The notes: generated by a model from the letters alone, not told the origin. Numbered from the stretch's first letter, positions 36,586 through 46,984 are shown. The stretch is 64,000 nucleotides of DNA from Acidobacteriota bacterium (GCA_025463215.1 JAOBWF010000234.1:1822-65821); one strand, 5' to 3'. Numbers and translations: made by a program.

Positions 36586-37482
36586 TTAGCACGGCGGCGG
36601 AGGCAGGTGGGACAGCTTCTCGGGATTGGTCACGATGTAGATGGCGCGGATGCGCCCATCGTGCACCTCGATCGTGAACACCGATTGAGGCCGGCCCGCG
36701 ACGTAGCTCACGATACCCGGCTCGCCGTTGATCTCGACGATGCGCTGAAGCGGATTCAGCGTCTTGAGCTTCGAGAGCCCAAACACGCTCGCGCGGGCGA
36801 CCTTGTCCGGGCCGTAGAGCGGCAGCGGCAGGGCGTTCGCTTTACCACCGCCGTCGGTGTGCATCACCACGTCGCTCGAGAGCAACGCGAGCAGACCGTC
36901 CATGTCGCCGCTTCCCGCTGCTCGAGAGAAGCGTTCAAGCAGCTCCGTGTGTTGGCGGCCGGACGCGCTGAAGCGAGGGCGGTGCGTGCGGACGTGTTGC
37001 CGGGCCCGCTTCAGCAGTTGCCGGCAGTTCGCTTCACTGATGCCGAGCATCCCGGCGATCTCCGCGTGCGTATAGTCGAAAATCTCGCCCAGGAGAAACA
37101 CGGCGCGCTGGACAGCAGTCAGCCGTTCCAGCAGGAGGAGCATCGCCATCGACACCGATTCGTCGACCTCGGCGATGCGCGACACGTCGCCTCCTGGATC
37201 AGTGACGAGTGGTTCGGGCAGCCACTCGCCGACGTACGTCTCGCGCTGCACGCGGGCCGACTGCAGATGGTTGACGCAGAGGCGGCTGACAATGGTCACG
37301 AGGAATGCCTTGGGCGATCGTACGTCTGTCTCGGACGCCCGCTGCCAGCGGATGAACGCGTCTTGCAGCGCGTCTTCGGCGTCGGCGACGCTTCCCAGCA
37401 TTCTGTACGCGATCGAGAAAAGCAGACGGCGATGATCCTCGAAAACGGACGTCCTGGCCGCGTCGTTGGATTCGTCGTTCAT
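36586..37482 (-). CDS. ECF sigma factor with SnoaL-like C-terminal extension (ECF41/SigJ-like)
   Basis: MNDESND...HRRLLFSIAYRMLGSVADAEDALQDAFIRWQ...LTAVQRAVFLLGEIFDYTHAEIAGMLGISEANCRQLLKRAR, plus a C-terminal domain of about 110 aa. The start overlaps the DoxX stop (TGATG). The track ORF is over-extended. Confidence 0.8.
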   Translation of the reverse strand: MNDESNDAARTSVFEDHRRLLFSIAYRMLGSVADAEDALQDAFIRWQRASETDVRSPKAFLVTIVSRLCVNHLQSARVQRETYVGEWLPEPLVTDPGGDVSRIAEVDESVSMAMLLLLERLTAVQRAVFLLGEIFDYTHAEIAGMLGISEANCRQLLKRARQHVRTHRPRFSASGRQHTELLERFSRAAGSGDMDGLLALLSSDVVMHTDGGGKANALPLPLYGPDKVARASVFGLSKLKTLNPLQRIVEINGEPGIVSYVAGRPQSVFTIEVHDGRIRAIYIVTNPEKLSHLPPPPC

Positions 37483-37904
37483 CAGGCTGTCTTTCGTAAG
37501 ACGTGGCCGGTCGCCATCGGGTCCCCGCGGCGGTTGAGGAACAGGGCGTACGAAGCGATCAGCGCGCTCAGGAACAGCAACGGATCGATCACGAACAGCG
37601 CAGGGTCGCCAACGGACAAATGGGCGATGCTGGCGGACACAAGCGTGACGCCGAAGCCGAAGTAGGCAAATTCCTTCGCCTTGCGCGGAACACCCGGCAC
37701 CAGCAGGGCAAGGACACCCAGCGCCTTCGCCACGGTCAGTTCGATCCGGAAATAGCTGGGATATCCCAGATGGGTGAACGCGCCTTTCATCGGGCCGAGG
37801 GGTTCCTTCAGATTGAAGTTCACGGCGCTGAACGCCATGACCGTGCAGACGGCACCGGTGGTCAGCCAATAGATGATCGTGTCTCTCCTGCGCGTCCGGT
37901 TCAT
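37482..37904 (-). CDS. DoxX family membrane protein
   Basis: MNRTRRRDTIIYWLTTGAVCTVMAFSAVNF...YFRIELTVAKALGVLALLVPGVPRKAKEFAYFGFGVTLVSASIAHL. ATG 37902-37904 is preceded by GGAGG. Confidence 0.75.
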   Translation of the reverse strand: MNRTRRRDTIIYWLTTGAVCTVMAFSAVNFNLKEPLGPMKGAFTHLGYPSYFRIELTVAKALGVLALLVPGVPRKAKEFAYFGFGVTLVSASIAHLSVGDPALFVIDPLLFLSALIASYALFLNRRGDPMATGHVLRKTA

Positions 37905-37923
37905 TGCGGCCTCCACTACTCAA

Positions 37924-37950
37924 GACCGGACAGCCTCGCCGAACGTGACA
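37924..37950 (-). promoter_or_regulatory. Candidate ECF41-type promoter (TGTCACG-N16-GGTC) upstream of doxX-sigma operon
   Basis: The minus strand reads TGTCACG TTCGGCGAGGCTGTCC GGTC, ending about 10 nt before the RBS. It resembles the TGTCACA-N16-CGTC motif that I recall being described for ECF41 sigma factors. Confidence 0.4.
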
Positions 37951-38212
37951 GCCCACCCGCCGGCGGCGACCAAAGGCGCCGCCGGCGGCGTACAAATGCT
38001 GAGCTGCGCCGACTCGCAACGCATACAGCCCGGCTGTAATACCTTGTTCAGAATCCCGAGGCAGCGCGGAATGTTCCGCGGTCCGGCGGAGCTTTCACGT
38101 ATAGTGGCGCACTGATCACCCCAGCGGCGCGATCACGACGCGCGCGCGACACCCGACTGGGCCGTCTGTGCATTAGAGCCGAGCGGGCTCACGCGAATAC
38201 CGGAGGCAGCGA

Positions 38213-40972
38213 ATGGACATGCGCACAATGCTCGCACTACACGGTCGGCGATCGTTCACACGGTGGGTTGGGATCGGCGTGCTCGTCGCAGCCGCCGCGA
38301 TCGCCGCGTCGCCCCTGGTCGCGAAGCGCTCGACGCGGCCGGCGCCGACCGCCGCCGCCGGATTCGTGGTCAAGAAGAGCGGCGCCGATCGCGTCGAACC
38401 AGGCGCCCACAAACGAGCGCTCGTCGGGCTCGACGAAGCGCGCGGGGTCGACTACACGCCCGCGGTCGAGTCCTACCTGCTGCGCGCCTATCCCGAAGCG
38501 GAAGTACCGGGAGAGGCGACGCTCGCTGCGCGTGATGGCTGGAACGCGCTGAATGCCGGCGCCCATTCGACCGGCACCTGGCAACTGATCGGACCGAGCA
38601 AGGCGACGTATCCTTCGGTGCTCAATCCCTTCCTCTTCGACGGCGCACAGTACGTCGCGAGCGGCCGCGTCACCGCGATGGCCATCGCGCCAACTTGCAC
38701 GCAGGCCAGCTGCACCCTGTATGTCGCCGCCGCCGGCGGCGGCGTGTGGCGGACGGACAAGGCATTGACCGGATCGAACTGGCAGTTCGTGTCGGCCAGC
38801 CTTGGCACCAACGCGATCGGCTCGCTGCTGATGGACGCCGCCGATCCGTCGGGCAACACGCTATATGCGGGCACCGGCGAACCGAACGCGTCCAACGATT
38901 CGGAGGCCGGCGTCGGCATCTACAAGACGATCGACGGCGGCCAGAGCTGGAACCTGGTGCCGGGCAGCGACATCTTCTTCCAGCGCGCCATCGGCCAGAT
39001 GGCCTTCGACAAGGACGGCAACCTGCTGGTGCCAATCGCCAGCGCCGTCCGCGGCGTCAGCGCGGTGACCAGCGGCGCCTCGTCGAGCGGTGCCACCGGG
39101 CATCCGCTCGTCACCCGCGGGCTCTACCGCCAGAGCGGCGCCACGTTCGCGCTGATTCGGCCGATCGTCGCGGTCGCGACGGCGCGCGGTTCGAGCACGG
39201 TCAAGACCGACCCGACGCACCCTGGCGTTCTCTACGTCAACGAATTCTCGCGCGGTGTCTGGCGCTCGCTCGACAACGGCGCGACCTGGGCGCAGATCAA
39301 GACGCCGCTCAACGCCGCGTCGGCCAGCGATCGTGCCGAGTTCGCCGTCACGACACTGCCGAACGGGAACACGCGCATGTACGTCGGCGTCGGCAACAGC
39401 GTTGACAGCGGCGCCAACCGGGCGCGCGTCTACCGCAGTGACGACGCCTCGGGCACGGCCGCGTTCGCCGACCTGACCACCGCGCAGAACATCGGCTACT
39501 GCACCGCGCAGTGCTGGTACGACAACGTCGTCTACACGCCGGCCGGCGCGCCGGACGTCGTCTATCTCGGCGGATCGTTCTCCTACGGACAGCTGCATGG
39601 CGAGTCGAATGGCCGCGCCTGGCTGCTCGCCACCGACGGCGGCGCGACGTGGAGCGACCTGACGCAGGACGGCGACCCGAATCACGCCGAAGTGATCCAC
39701 CCCGACCAGCACGCCATCGTCACGGTGCCGGGGAAGCCGCTGCAGTTCATCACCGGCTCGGACGGCGGCGTCGTGCGCTCCGACGGTAACTTCGCCGACG
39801 TCTCGGCCAAATGCGATGCGCGCGGCATGTCGGCGGCGGGCACCGCCTACTGCAAGAGCCTGCTGAACCGCGTGGCCAACCAGTTGGTGAACATGAACAA
39901 CGGCCTGTCGACGCTGCAGTTCCAGAGCCTGTCGGCGAGCGCGCAGCGGCCGCAGAACCTGCTGCAGGGCGGCACCCAGGACAACGGGACGTTCCAGTAC
40001 AACGGCTCGCGTAACGTATGGCCGCAGGAAATCTACGGCGACGGCGGCCTGTCCGGCTTCAACGCCGGCAACGACGCGCTCCGTTTCAACAGCTTCAGCG
40101 GCCAGGCCCATGATGCGAACTTCCGCAATGGTGATCCGACCAAGTGGGTGATCATCTCGGCGCCGATCCTGTCGAGCCCGGAGGGCTCGTTCTTCTACGC
40201 GCCGATCGTCGCCGACCCGCACCCGGCGATGGCCGGCTCGATCTTCGAGGGCTCGTTCTCGGTGTGGCGCACGCAGGACTGGGGCGGCAATCAGGCGTAC
40301 CTCGAAGCCAATTGTCCGGAGTTCACGGCATCGGCGGTTCAACCCGGGTGCGGCGACTTCGTCCGCATCGGCACCGCCGCCCCCTCCACCAACCTGACCT
40401 CGCCCGCCTGGGGCAGCCGCAATGGCGGCGCGGTCGCCTGGATTCAGCGGACCGAACAGAACACCGGCAGCATGTGGGCGGCGACCAGCGCCGGCCGCGT
40501 CTTCATCACCGACAACGCCAACGCAGTGGCGGCTACGGTGGTCTGGAACCGGATCGACCCGACGCCGGCGCTCAACACACCCGGCCGCGCGATCAGTGCC
40601 ATCCAGGTCGACCCGGCCAACCCGCATCACGCGTGGGTGTCGTACAACGGCTACAACGTGAATACGCCGGCGCAGCCGGGCCACGTGTTCGAGGTGACGT
40701 GGAGCGGCGCCGGCCCGGCGACCTGGGTCGATCGCAGCTTCGACCTGCCCGACTTCCCGATCACCGCTGTCGTGCGCGACGACGTCACCGGGAATCTGTA
40801 TGCGGCGTCGGACTTCGGCGTGATGACTCTCGCGAACGGCGCGACGTCGTGGACCGTCGCCGGCAGCGGGCTGCCGATGGTGGAAGTCGCCGGCCTGACG
40901 ATCGTGCCGAATGCGCGGATTCTCTATGCGGCGACCCACGGGCGCAGCGCGTGGTCGCTGACGCTGCCGTAA
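38213..40972 (+). CDS. Large secreted BNR/Asp-box beta-propeller repeat protein
   Basis: N-terminal signal/anchor (WVGIGVLVAAAAIAASPLVA) and Asp-box-like motifs TIDGGQSW, SLDNGATW and ATDGGATW. 919 aa. Confidence 0.75.
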   Translation: MDMRTMLALHGRRSFTRWVGIGVLVAAAAIAASPLVAKRSTRPAPTAAAGFVVKKSGADRVEPGAHKRALVGLDEARGVDYTPAVESYLLRAYPEAEVPGEATLAARDGWNALNAGAHSTGTWQLIGPSKATYPSVLNPFLFDGAQYVASGRVTAMAIAPTCTQASCTLYVAAAGGGVWRTDKALTGSNWQFVSASLGTNAIGSLLMDAADPSGNTLYAGTGEPNASNDSEAGVGIYKTIDGGQSWNLVPGSDIFFQRAIGQMAFDKDGNLLVPIASAVRGVSAVTSGASSSGATGHPLVTRGLYRQSGATFALIRPIVAVATARGSSTVKTDPTHPGVLYVNEFSRGVWRSLDNGATWAQIKTPLNAASASDRAEFAVTTLPNGNTRMYVGVGNSVDSGANRARVYRSDDASGTAAFADLTTAQNIGYCTAQCWYDNVVYTPAGAPDVVYLGGSFSYGQLHGESNGRAWLLATDGGATWSDLTQDGDPNHAEVIHPDQHAIVTVPGKPLQFITGSDGGVVRSDGNFADVSAKCDARGMSAAGTAYCKSLLNRVANQLVNMNNGLSTLQFQSLSASAQRPQNLLQGGTQDNGTFQYNGSRNVWPQEIYGDGGLSGFNAGNDALRFNSFSGQAHDANFRNGDPTKWVIISAPILSSPEGSFFYAPIVADPHPAMAGSIFEGSFSVWRTQDWGGNQAYLEANCPEFTASAVQPGCGDFVRIGTAAPSTNLTSPAWGSRNGGAVAWIQRTEQNTGSMWAATSAGRVFITDNANAVAATVVWNRIDPTPALNTPGRAISAIQVDPANPHHAWVSYNGYNVNTPAQPGHVFEVTWSGAGPATWVDRSFDLPDFPITAVVRDDVTGNLYAASDFGVMTLANGATSWTVAGSGLPMVEVAGLTIVPNARILYAATHGRSAWSLTLP

Positions 40973-40984
40973 CACATCGCCGCT

Positions 40985-41016
40985 CGGTGCGGGGTAGAGC
41001 GCTCTACCCCGCACCG
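40985..41016. terminator. Perfect 30-32 bp palindrome between convergent genes (bidirectional terminator candidate)
   Basis: GGTGCGGGGTAGAGC|GCTCTACCCCGCACC, located 13 nt after the stop at 40972. Confidence 0.5.
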
Positions 41017-41226
41017 GCCTCCACCGATCCCGCCCGCCAAAGCGCACTGCGATGGCGCCACGCAGACGACGCGAAGGCGCGACCGACCGTTCAACCCGAC
41101 TTCAGCTCGTTTGCCGTGCAGCAGGTGCTCGAGCAGCGTCGTCCAGCCAGCCAGCGAGCGCGATGTCGCCGGCGGCGGGCGATCTTCCTCAGGATCGCCG
41201 GCCGATATGAATGTAATCGATGTGGT

Positions 41227-44112
41227 CTATGGGCGGGCGTCTGGCATCAGAATGACCCGCACGTAGCGCGCCGGATCCAGGTAGCGGACGGCGGCTCGTG
41301 ACACCGCATCCGCGGTAAGGGCCTTGATCTCCGCTGCTCGTTCGCTCACGACATCCCGACCGAGCGGCTCGCCGCCTTCGTAACGACGCAGAATCTGGCT
41401 CAGAAAGTAGCCGTTCTCCTGACTGCTGCGATCGAGCTCGCGCTGAAGGTAGCTGCGGATCCGGTCCATCTGGTCCTCGGTCAACCGCGTCTCCCGCACG
41501 GCGGCTACCTCCTGGAACACACGCTGCACCAGGCTCTCGACTTGCGCGGGATCGCAGGTCCAATCGATGCTGACGCGATACTGGGGCTGCGGATACCGAC
41601 TGGTTTCCGAATCGGCGGAGATGGCGTACGTCGCACCGAGTTGCTCGCGAATCGTCTCGCTCAACCGCGATTGCAGCAGGCTCGTGACCGTCTGCAGCGC
41701 GAGCTGGGTTGACGGGGTGAACTCGAACGGTCCCGTGAACGCAATCGCCACCTCGCTTTTCGGTGCGATCCCCTTCCGCAGTGTCGTCTCGACGACGTTG
41801 CTGGGTGGTTTGACGCCCAGATCGCGCCAGGTCTCACGGCTGTGAGTCGCCGGTAGGCTCGCAATGTACGTTTCGATCATCGGACGCATCGTCTCGAGCG
41901 TAAAACTGCCGACGAAGACGAATGTGAAGTTGCTGGCGTCGGCGAAGCGCGCCTTGTAAAAGGCCAGCGACGTGTCGAGATTCCACTTCGCCACGGTGGC
42001 CGGCGTCTCGGGCTGGCGGCGTGGATGGTTCCCACTCAGCGCCGAGGCGAGCGTCTGGTTGAAGAGGACGCGAGGGCCCGCCGATTGATCCGCCAGCATC
42101 GCGAGCGCGCGCCCCTTCATCGCGGCGAACACTGTTGGATCGGCACGCGGCGCCGTAAAGCGCAAATACATCAACTGGAACATCGCCTCGAGGTCGCGCG
42201 GCGAGCTGCCGCCGCTCATGCCTTCGCGGATCTCCGTGATGAACGGCTGGACCGCGAGCGATTTTCCGGCCAGCAGCTTGTCGACGACGACTTCGGACAA
42301 TGCGCCGACTCCACCTGCGGGGATCACCTCGTCGGCGACCCGAGCCGCAAAGAAATCGGCGTCGTTGGCGAGCGATGTCCCGCCAGGCGCCGTGGCCCTG
42401 AACAGGATCTGATCGGCCTTCAACGTCGTTGGCAGCAGGGCCACCGTCGCGCCGTTCGACAGCGTCCACTCGGTCACATTGCCATTGAGCGCGGTCTTGA
42501 CGATTCGGCCTGGTGCCGGGGGACGTTCCATCAACGTGTGTCCGGCGCCGGCATCGACGAAGGCGGTCACGGGTCTGGCTGACGCCGCTTCGACCGCCGC
42601 GGCCAGCTCCGACTCAGAGGGCGGTACCCGTCCCGCCACCTCCGGCGTCAACGCGACCACCAGGCGATTCGCCTCTGGAAACCAGTCAGTCGCGAGCGCG
42701 TTCATGTCGTTCACTGCGATCTCCGGCAGGAACCGACGATGAAACGCCAGCTCGTGCCAGATGGTCGGCAGTGCTTCACGCTGGAGAAAGTTTCGGGTGT
42801 ATTCATCGGCGCGGCTCGGCGACTCGCGGTCGGGGCTTTCCTCCGCCGCACGCTCGGAGGCAGCGAGGTTCGCCCGCTTCGCGCGATCCAGTTCGGTGGC
42901 CGTGAAACCGAACGTCGTGACGCGCTTCAGCTCGCTGACCAGCGCGTCGAGGCCCCGTGCGATGCCGTCGTTCGGCACCAGGGCCTGCAACGTCGCTTCG
43001 TCACGCGTCGTCGGCGCGGGGAACAGGTTGCGGCCGGCGGCGGCGCGCAGGAACGGGGGGCGCTCGCCCTGCGCGATCTCGTCGAGACGATCGCCGAGCA
43101 TCTGTGCAAACAGCTGATCCTTCACGATGTCGCGATAGCCGCCGACCGATCCCTGATCGCGCGCCGGTCGGAGATCGCTGAGGCTCACCGCGGTGTTCGT
43201 GGTTTCCTTGTCCGCGAGGATGGCGTAGCGGGTGCCGCGATGCTCGGGAACATCGAAAATCGGCCGCGGCCGCTCGGGCACCGGATCGACGATCGACGAG
43301 AAGTGCCGCGCGATCATCGCCGCGACGGCATTCTTGTCGACGTCGCCGACGACGATCACCGCCATCAGATTGGGCCGGTACCAGTCGCGATAGAAGCGCA
43401 CCAGCTGTTCACGCTGCGCGGTCTGGATGACGGTCGGATCTCCGATCGGCGAGCGGTTCTCATAACGCGAGCCCTCGAGCTGGACGTGCCGCAGTTTGTC
43501 GGCCGTACGTTCGTCGGCACCAAGATTTTGGCGCCACTCGGCGAGCACGATGGCGCGCTGACGCTCGATCGCCGCAGTGTCGAAAGCGGCGCCGCCCGCC
43601 CAGTCTTCGAGCACGGTCAACGCGGTATCGAGAACGCCCGGACGATCGGTCGGCACGCGCAGCGTGTACTGCGTGTCGTCGAAGCTGGTCACGGCGTTGG
43701 CGTCAGAGCCGATGCTCAGGCCGATGGAGGCCAGGAAATTGTCGATGCTCTGTCCCGGGAAGTGGCGTGACCCCTGGAACTGCATGTGCTCGACGAAATG
43801 TGCGAGGCCGCGCTGATCGTCGTCCTCGAGTACGGATCCGGCCTTCACGACCAGCCGCAGTTCGGCCTGGCGCGCGGGCCTGGGATTCGGCCGGATGTAG
43901 AAGCGCAGGCCATTCGGCAATCCGCCGATCAGCACTTCCGGATCGACCGGCATGTCCGCCGAGAGCGGGTAAGCCTCCACCGATGCGGCGGTTGTTTCGC
44001 GACCGCTCGACGTCTGCGCGGACGGCGATCCGGCGACCGTGGCGACGAACAGACAGACCAGCCGACAGGTGGTCACGCGCAGAGGTGTGCGAACAGACTT
44101 GAACATGGTCAT
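41227..44112 (-). CDS. M16 family (pitrilysin/insulinase-like) zinc peptidase, two-module
   Basis: Inverted zinc motif GLAHFVEHMQFQGS (HxxEH), signal-like N-terminus, 961 aa. Confidence 0.85.
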   Translation of the reverse strand: MTMFKSVRTPLRVTTCRLVCLFVATVAGSPSAQTSSGRETTAASVEAYPLSADMPVDPEVLIGGLPNGLRFYIRPNPRPARQAELRLVVKAGSVLEDDDQRGLAHFVEHMQFQGSRHFPGQSIDNFLASIGLSIGSDANAVTSFDDTQYTLRVPTDRPGVLDTALTVLEDWAGGAAFDTAAIERQRAIVLAEWRQNLGADERTADKLRHVQLEGSRYENRSPIGDPTVIQTAQREQLVRFYRDWYRPNLMAVIVVGDVDKNAVAAMIARHFSSIVDPVPERPRPIFDVPEHRGTRYAILADKETTNTAVSLSDLRPARDQGSVGGYRDIVKDQLFAQMLGDRLDEIAQGERPPFLRAAAGRNLFPAPTTRDEATLQALVPNDGIARGLDALVSELKRVTTFGFTATELDRAKRANLAASERAAEESPDRESPSRADEYTRNFLQREALPTIWHELAFHRRFLPEIAVNDMNALATDWFPEANRLVVALTPEVAGRVPPSESELAAAVEAASARPVTAFVDAGAGHTLMERPPAPGRIVKTALNGNVTEWTLSNGATVALLPTTLKADQILFRATAPGGTSLANDADFFAARVADEVIPAGGVGALSEVVVDKLLAGKSLAVQPFITEIREGMSGGSSPRDLEAMFQLMYLRFTAPRADPTVFAAMKGRALAMLADQSAGPRVLFNQTLASALSGNHPRRQPETPATVAKWNLDTSLAFYKARFADASNFTFVFVGSFTLETMRPMIETYIASLPATHSRETWRDLGVKPPSNVVETTLRKGIAPKSEVAIAFTGPFEFTPSTQLALQTVTSLLQSRLSETIREQLGATYAISADSETSRYPQPQYRVSIDWTCDPAQVESLVQRVFQEVAAVRETRLTEDQMDRIRSYLQRELDRSSQENGYFLSQILRRYEGGEPLGRDVVSERAAEIKALTADAVSRAAVRYLDPARYVRVILMPDARP

Positions 44113-44346
44113 GGCGCTGATCGCTGGCAGCTCGAGTGGACCCCCGCGACGCGTTTATCCACATCGCCGAGTTCTCACCCATTATCATCGCGAAAGGAAC
44201 CTCAAGAGGCTTTTCGTCGACGACGTGTCGCTCACGTGTGAACTCCCCGGGTTTCCTGTGGTTGTGAGCAGGACAACAGACGAACGGCGGCGGCGAGATC
44301 CGTTGCCGTGCTTTCAGCCAAGTGAATGGCTGCAGCGGGCAATCGC

Positions 44347-45498
44347 CTATCTGGACGCCTTCTGGCGGAGCTCCCGCTCGACGTGCCGTGCCAGGCGGCG
44401 CGATGCCAAGTTCGCCTCGAACAGGTGCCCGCGCAGGCTGTGGGTGAAACCGACGAAGTACAGACCGGCATACGGGGTCGGTTCGCCGGACAGGCCGCGC
44501 GGTTCGCCGTGCGCATTGAGCGCGCCGGGGGCGTCCAGGATCGATTCGAGGCCCGTGACAAAGCCGGTTGCCGCGACGATCGCGTCAAACGGTTCGCGGC
44601 TCCGGTCGATAAAGACCGCGCCTTCGGACGTGAGCCGCTCGACCGCGGGCCTGACGGTCACGCGCCGCCGTTTCAGCGCATCGACGAAACCGACGTCGAT
44701 GAGCGGCACGCGACGGGTCGAGTACGGCGCGAACGTGCCGTGCGGCATCCCGTAGCGGGTCAGGTCGCCAATCACCAGGCGCGCGGTCACCTGGCCGAGC
44801 CGATTCGCGATCGCCGGCGGCAGCGCGCTCAGCAGGATGCTGGTGCGCTGCACCGGCATGCCGAACGGATCGCGCGGCACGATCGGCGGCGGCGTCCGCA
44901 CGCTGATCGCGACCGACGCCGCGCCATGCTCCGCGAGATCGGTCGCGATCTCCGCGCCGCTGTTGCCGGCGCCGACCACGAGCACGCGCTGACCGGCGTA
45001 CGGTGCCGCGTTCGAGTAGGCGGCGGAATGCACCAACCGGCCTCCGTAGGATTCACGTCCCGGCCACACCGGAATCATCGGCCGCCGATACTGTCCCGTG
45101 GCGATCACGACGACGCGGCCTTCCCAGCCCTCACCCTCGCCGGTCTCGATGCGCCATGCCTGATGCGCTTGTCCAGACCGTGCCACGCGCCGCGCGCCGG
45201 TCCCGGTGACGACCCGCAGCCCGAAATGGCGGGCGTACTCCTTCAAGTACTCGACCACTTCGTCACGGGAGAGATATTTTGGATAGCGTCTCGGAATCGG
45301 AAAGTGCGCGAGGCCTGAGAACTGGCGAGTCGTATGGAGATGCAGACGGTCGTAGCGACGCGCCCAGGTGCCGCCAAGCTCGGCGTCGGCCTCGAGCACC
45401 ACTGACTCGATGCCCCGGCGCGCCAGCGCGCCTGCCGTCGACAATCCCGCCGCACCGCCGCCGACGACGATCACTTGTGCGCTGTGTAATGTCGCCAT
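44347..45498 (-). CDS. Flavin-containing monooxygenase-like NAD(P)/FAD-dependent oxidoreductase
   Basis: FAD motif VIVVGGGAAGLSTAGALARRG and a second dinucleotide motif VLVVGAGNSGAEIATDLA. Confidence 0.8.
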   Translation of the reverse strand: MATLHSAQVIVVGGGAAGLSTAGALARRGIESVVLEADAELGGTWARRYDRLHLHTTRQFSGLAHFPIPRRYPKYLSRDEVVEYLKEYARHFGLRVVTGTGARRVARSGQAHQAWRIETGEGEGWEGRVVVIATGQYRRPMIPVWPGRESYGGRLVHSAAYSNAAPYAGQRVLVVGAGNSGAEIATDLAEHGAASVAISVRTPPPIVPRDPFGMPVQRTSILLSALPPAIANRLGQVTARLVIGDLTRYGMPHGTFAPYSTRRVPLIDVGFVDALKRRRVTVRPAVERLTSEGAVFIDRSREPFDAIVAATGFVTGLESILDAPGALNAHGEPRGLSGEPTPYAGLYFVGFTHSLRGHLFEANLASRRLARHVERELRQKASR

Positions 45499-45763
45499 AG
45501 TTGGTGCAACGCTTCACGACTCGCGCATCGAGCACCTGGACGGCTGTTTGCGCAAGGCGTCAAGATCTCCGCTTTGTTCGTTCTGCTGCATATCCCCGCG
45601 ATTCGCGGAACACAGCGTGAACATTGAGAGCATCGTTCCTTCCGATCTCGAGGCACTCCCGTGAGCGGGTCGAGCAGCACCGCCAACCGCACAATTCGGA
45701 CGGACATCTGCGGGCCGCGTCATTGATGCGCGACACCTCGAGTGAGAATGGACAGGTCGGAGC

Positions 45764-46408
45764 CTACCGTCCCACTACTAAGTGCATCGCCGCCTCGGTG
45801 CAGACGTGCTCCTTCACTCTGTAGCCGAGCGCGGGAAGGTCGATGCCTTCGAGCAGGGGCTCGCCTTGGCCGAGCAGGATCGGCGAGATAGCGAGGTGAA
45901 TCTCGTCGAGTAGTCCGGCCTGCAGATACTGACGGATGGTGGCTGCTCCGCCGCCGATTCGCACATCCTTACCGCGAGCGGCCGCCCGCGCCTGGTCCAG
46001 CGCCGCCTCGATCCCCTCGGTGACGAAATGGAAGACGGTGCCGCCTTCCATCTCCAGCGGCGGGCGCGCATGGTGGGTCAGGACGAAGACCGGCACATGG
46101 TACGGTGGATTGGCTCCCCACCAGCCTTTCCACTCATCGTCCGGCCAGGGTCCGCGCACCGGTCCGAACATGTTGCGGCCCATAATCCAGGCGCCGAGAT
46201 TCTCGAACGAGCGTGCCGCGAAGTCGTTGTCGATGCCGGTCGTCCCGCCGTCTCGCATCAGGACGTTCCGCTGGAAGGTGCGGGTTGGAAGGAACCACTG
46301 GTGCAGCTGTTCGCCGCCGCGGCCGAGCGGTTGGTCACGGCCCTGGTCGGGGCCGGCGCCGAAGCCGTCGGCGGACACGGTAAAAGCGTTCACGCGAAGC
46401 TTGGACAC
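45764..46408 (-). CDS. Dihydrofolate-reductase-like (RibD C-terminal domain) protein
   Basis: MSKLRVNAFTVSADGFGAGPDQ...GRNMFGP...WWGANPPYHVPVFVLTHHARPPLEMEGGTVFHFV...IRQYLQAGLLDEIHLAISPILLG. Confidence 0.8.
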   Translation of the reverse strand: MSKLRVNAFTVSADGFGAGPDQGRDQPLGRGGEQLHQWFLPTRTFQRNVLMRDGGTTGIDNDFAARSFENLGAWIMGRNMFGPVRGPWPDDEWKGWWGANPPYHVPVFVLTHHARPPLEMEGGTVFHFVTEGIEAALDQARAAARGKDVRIGGGAATIRQYLQAGLLDEIHLAISPILLGQGEPLLEGIDLPALGYRVKEHVCTEAAMHLVVGR

Positions 46409-46736
46409 CGGCGTCTCCTTGACTGTCGCTGCATGTGAATTCTTGAATCGTGATTCTCACACCGGTGGGGGGGCAGTGTCACGTGGCCATAGGGTTGCCG
46501 CCTGCGGTGAGACCTTCGGCCGCCACGCCGTGAGGCGGGCCTGGTCACCCTTCGTCATCGTGCCTCCGCCCAGGCTGACAAGCCTAAAGAAGAGAGCTGG
46601 ATCTCACCTTCGTCTAGGGATTCCACTGTCACCCATGTGACCGGAATAGACCTTAAGGAGTTGGCTCGGTGCACTGGACAATTTCCGCAACTGGCGCATC
46701 CACGAGGCTGCGTGAAGCTTGACATGCGAACAGCAT

Positions 46737-46750
46737 GCGAGCATGCTCGC
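46737..46750. promoter_or_regulatory. Candidate vapBC operator: 14-bp perfect palindrome GCGAGCATGCTCGC flanked by GACATG/CATGTC
   Basis: Ends 3 nt before the antitoxin ATG. The outer arms lie at 46721-46726 and 46753-46758. Confidence 0.4.
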
Positions 46751-46753
46751 TAC

Positions 46754-46984
46754 ATGTCAAAGATGGTGCAAATCCGCAACGTGCCAGACGGGCTGCACCG
46801 AAAGCTCAAGAGCCGGGCGGCAGAGTCAGGACAAACGCTCTCCGATTTCCTCTTGGCCGAGCTCGAGCGTCTGGCCGCACGACCGACGCGCGACGAGATG
46901 CTGACCCGAGTCCACAGTCGAAAGCGCGTGACGTTGAAGACGCCAGCAGCGGTCGTCATTCGAGAGGAGCGCGAGTCGGCGTGA
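46754..46984 (+). CDS. vapB: Type II antitoxin (ribbon-helix-helix, VapB/FitA-like)
   Basis: MSKMVQIRNVPDGLHRKLKSRAAESGQTLSDFLLAELERLAARPTRDEML. The stop overlaps the GTG start of the PIN gene (GTGA). Confidence 0.75.
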   Translation: MSKMVQIRNVPDGLHRKLKSRAAESGQTLSDFLLAELERLAARPTRDEMLTRVHSRKRVTLKTPAAVVIREERESA

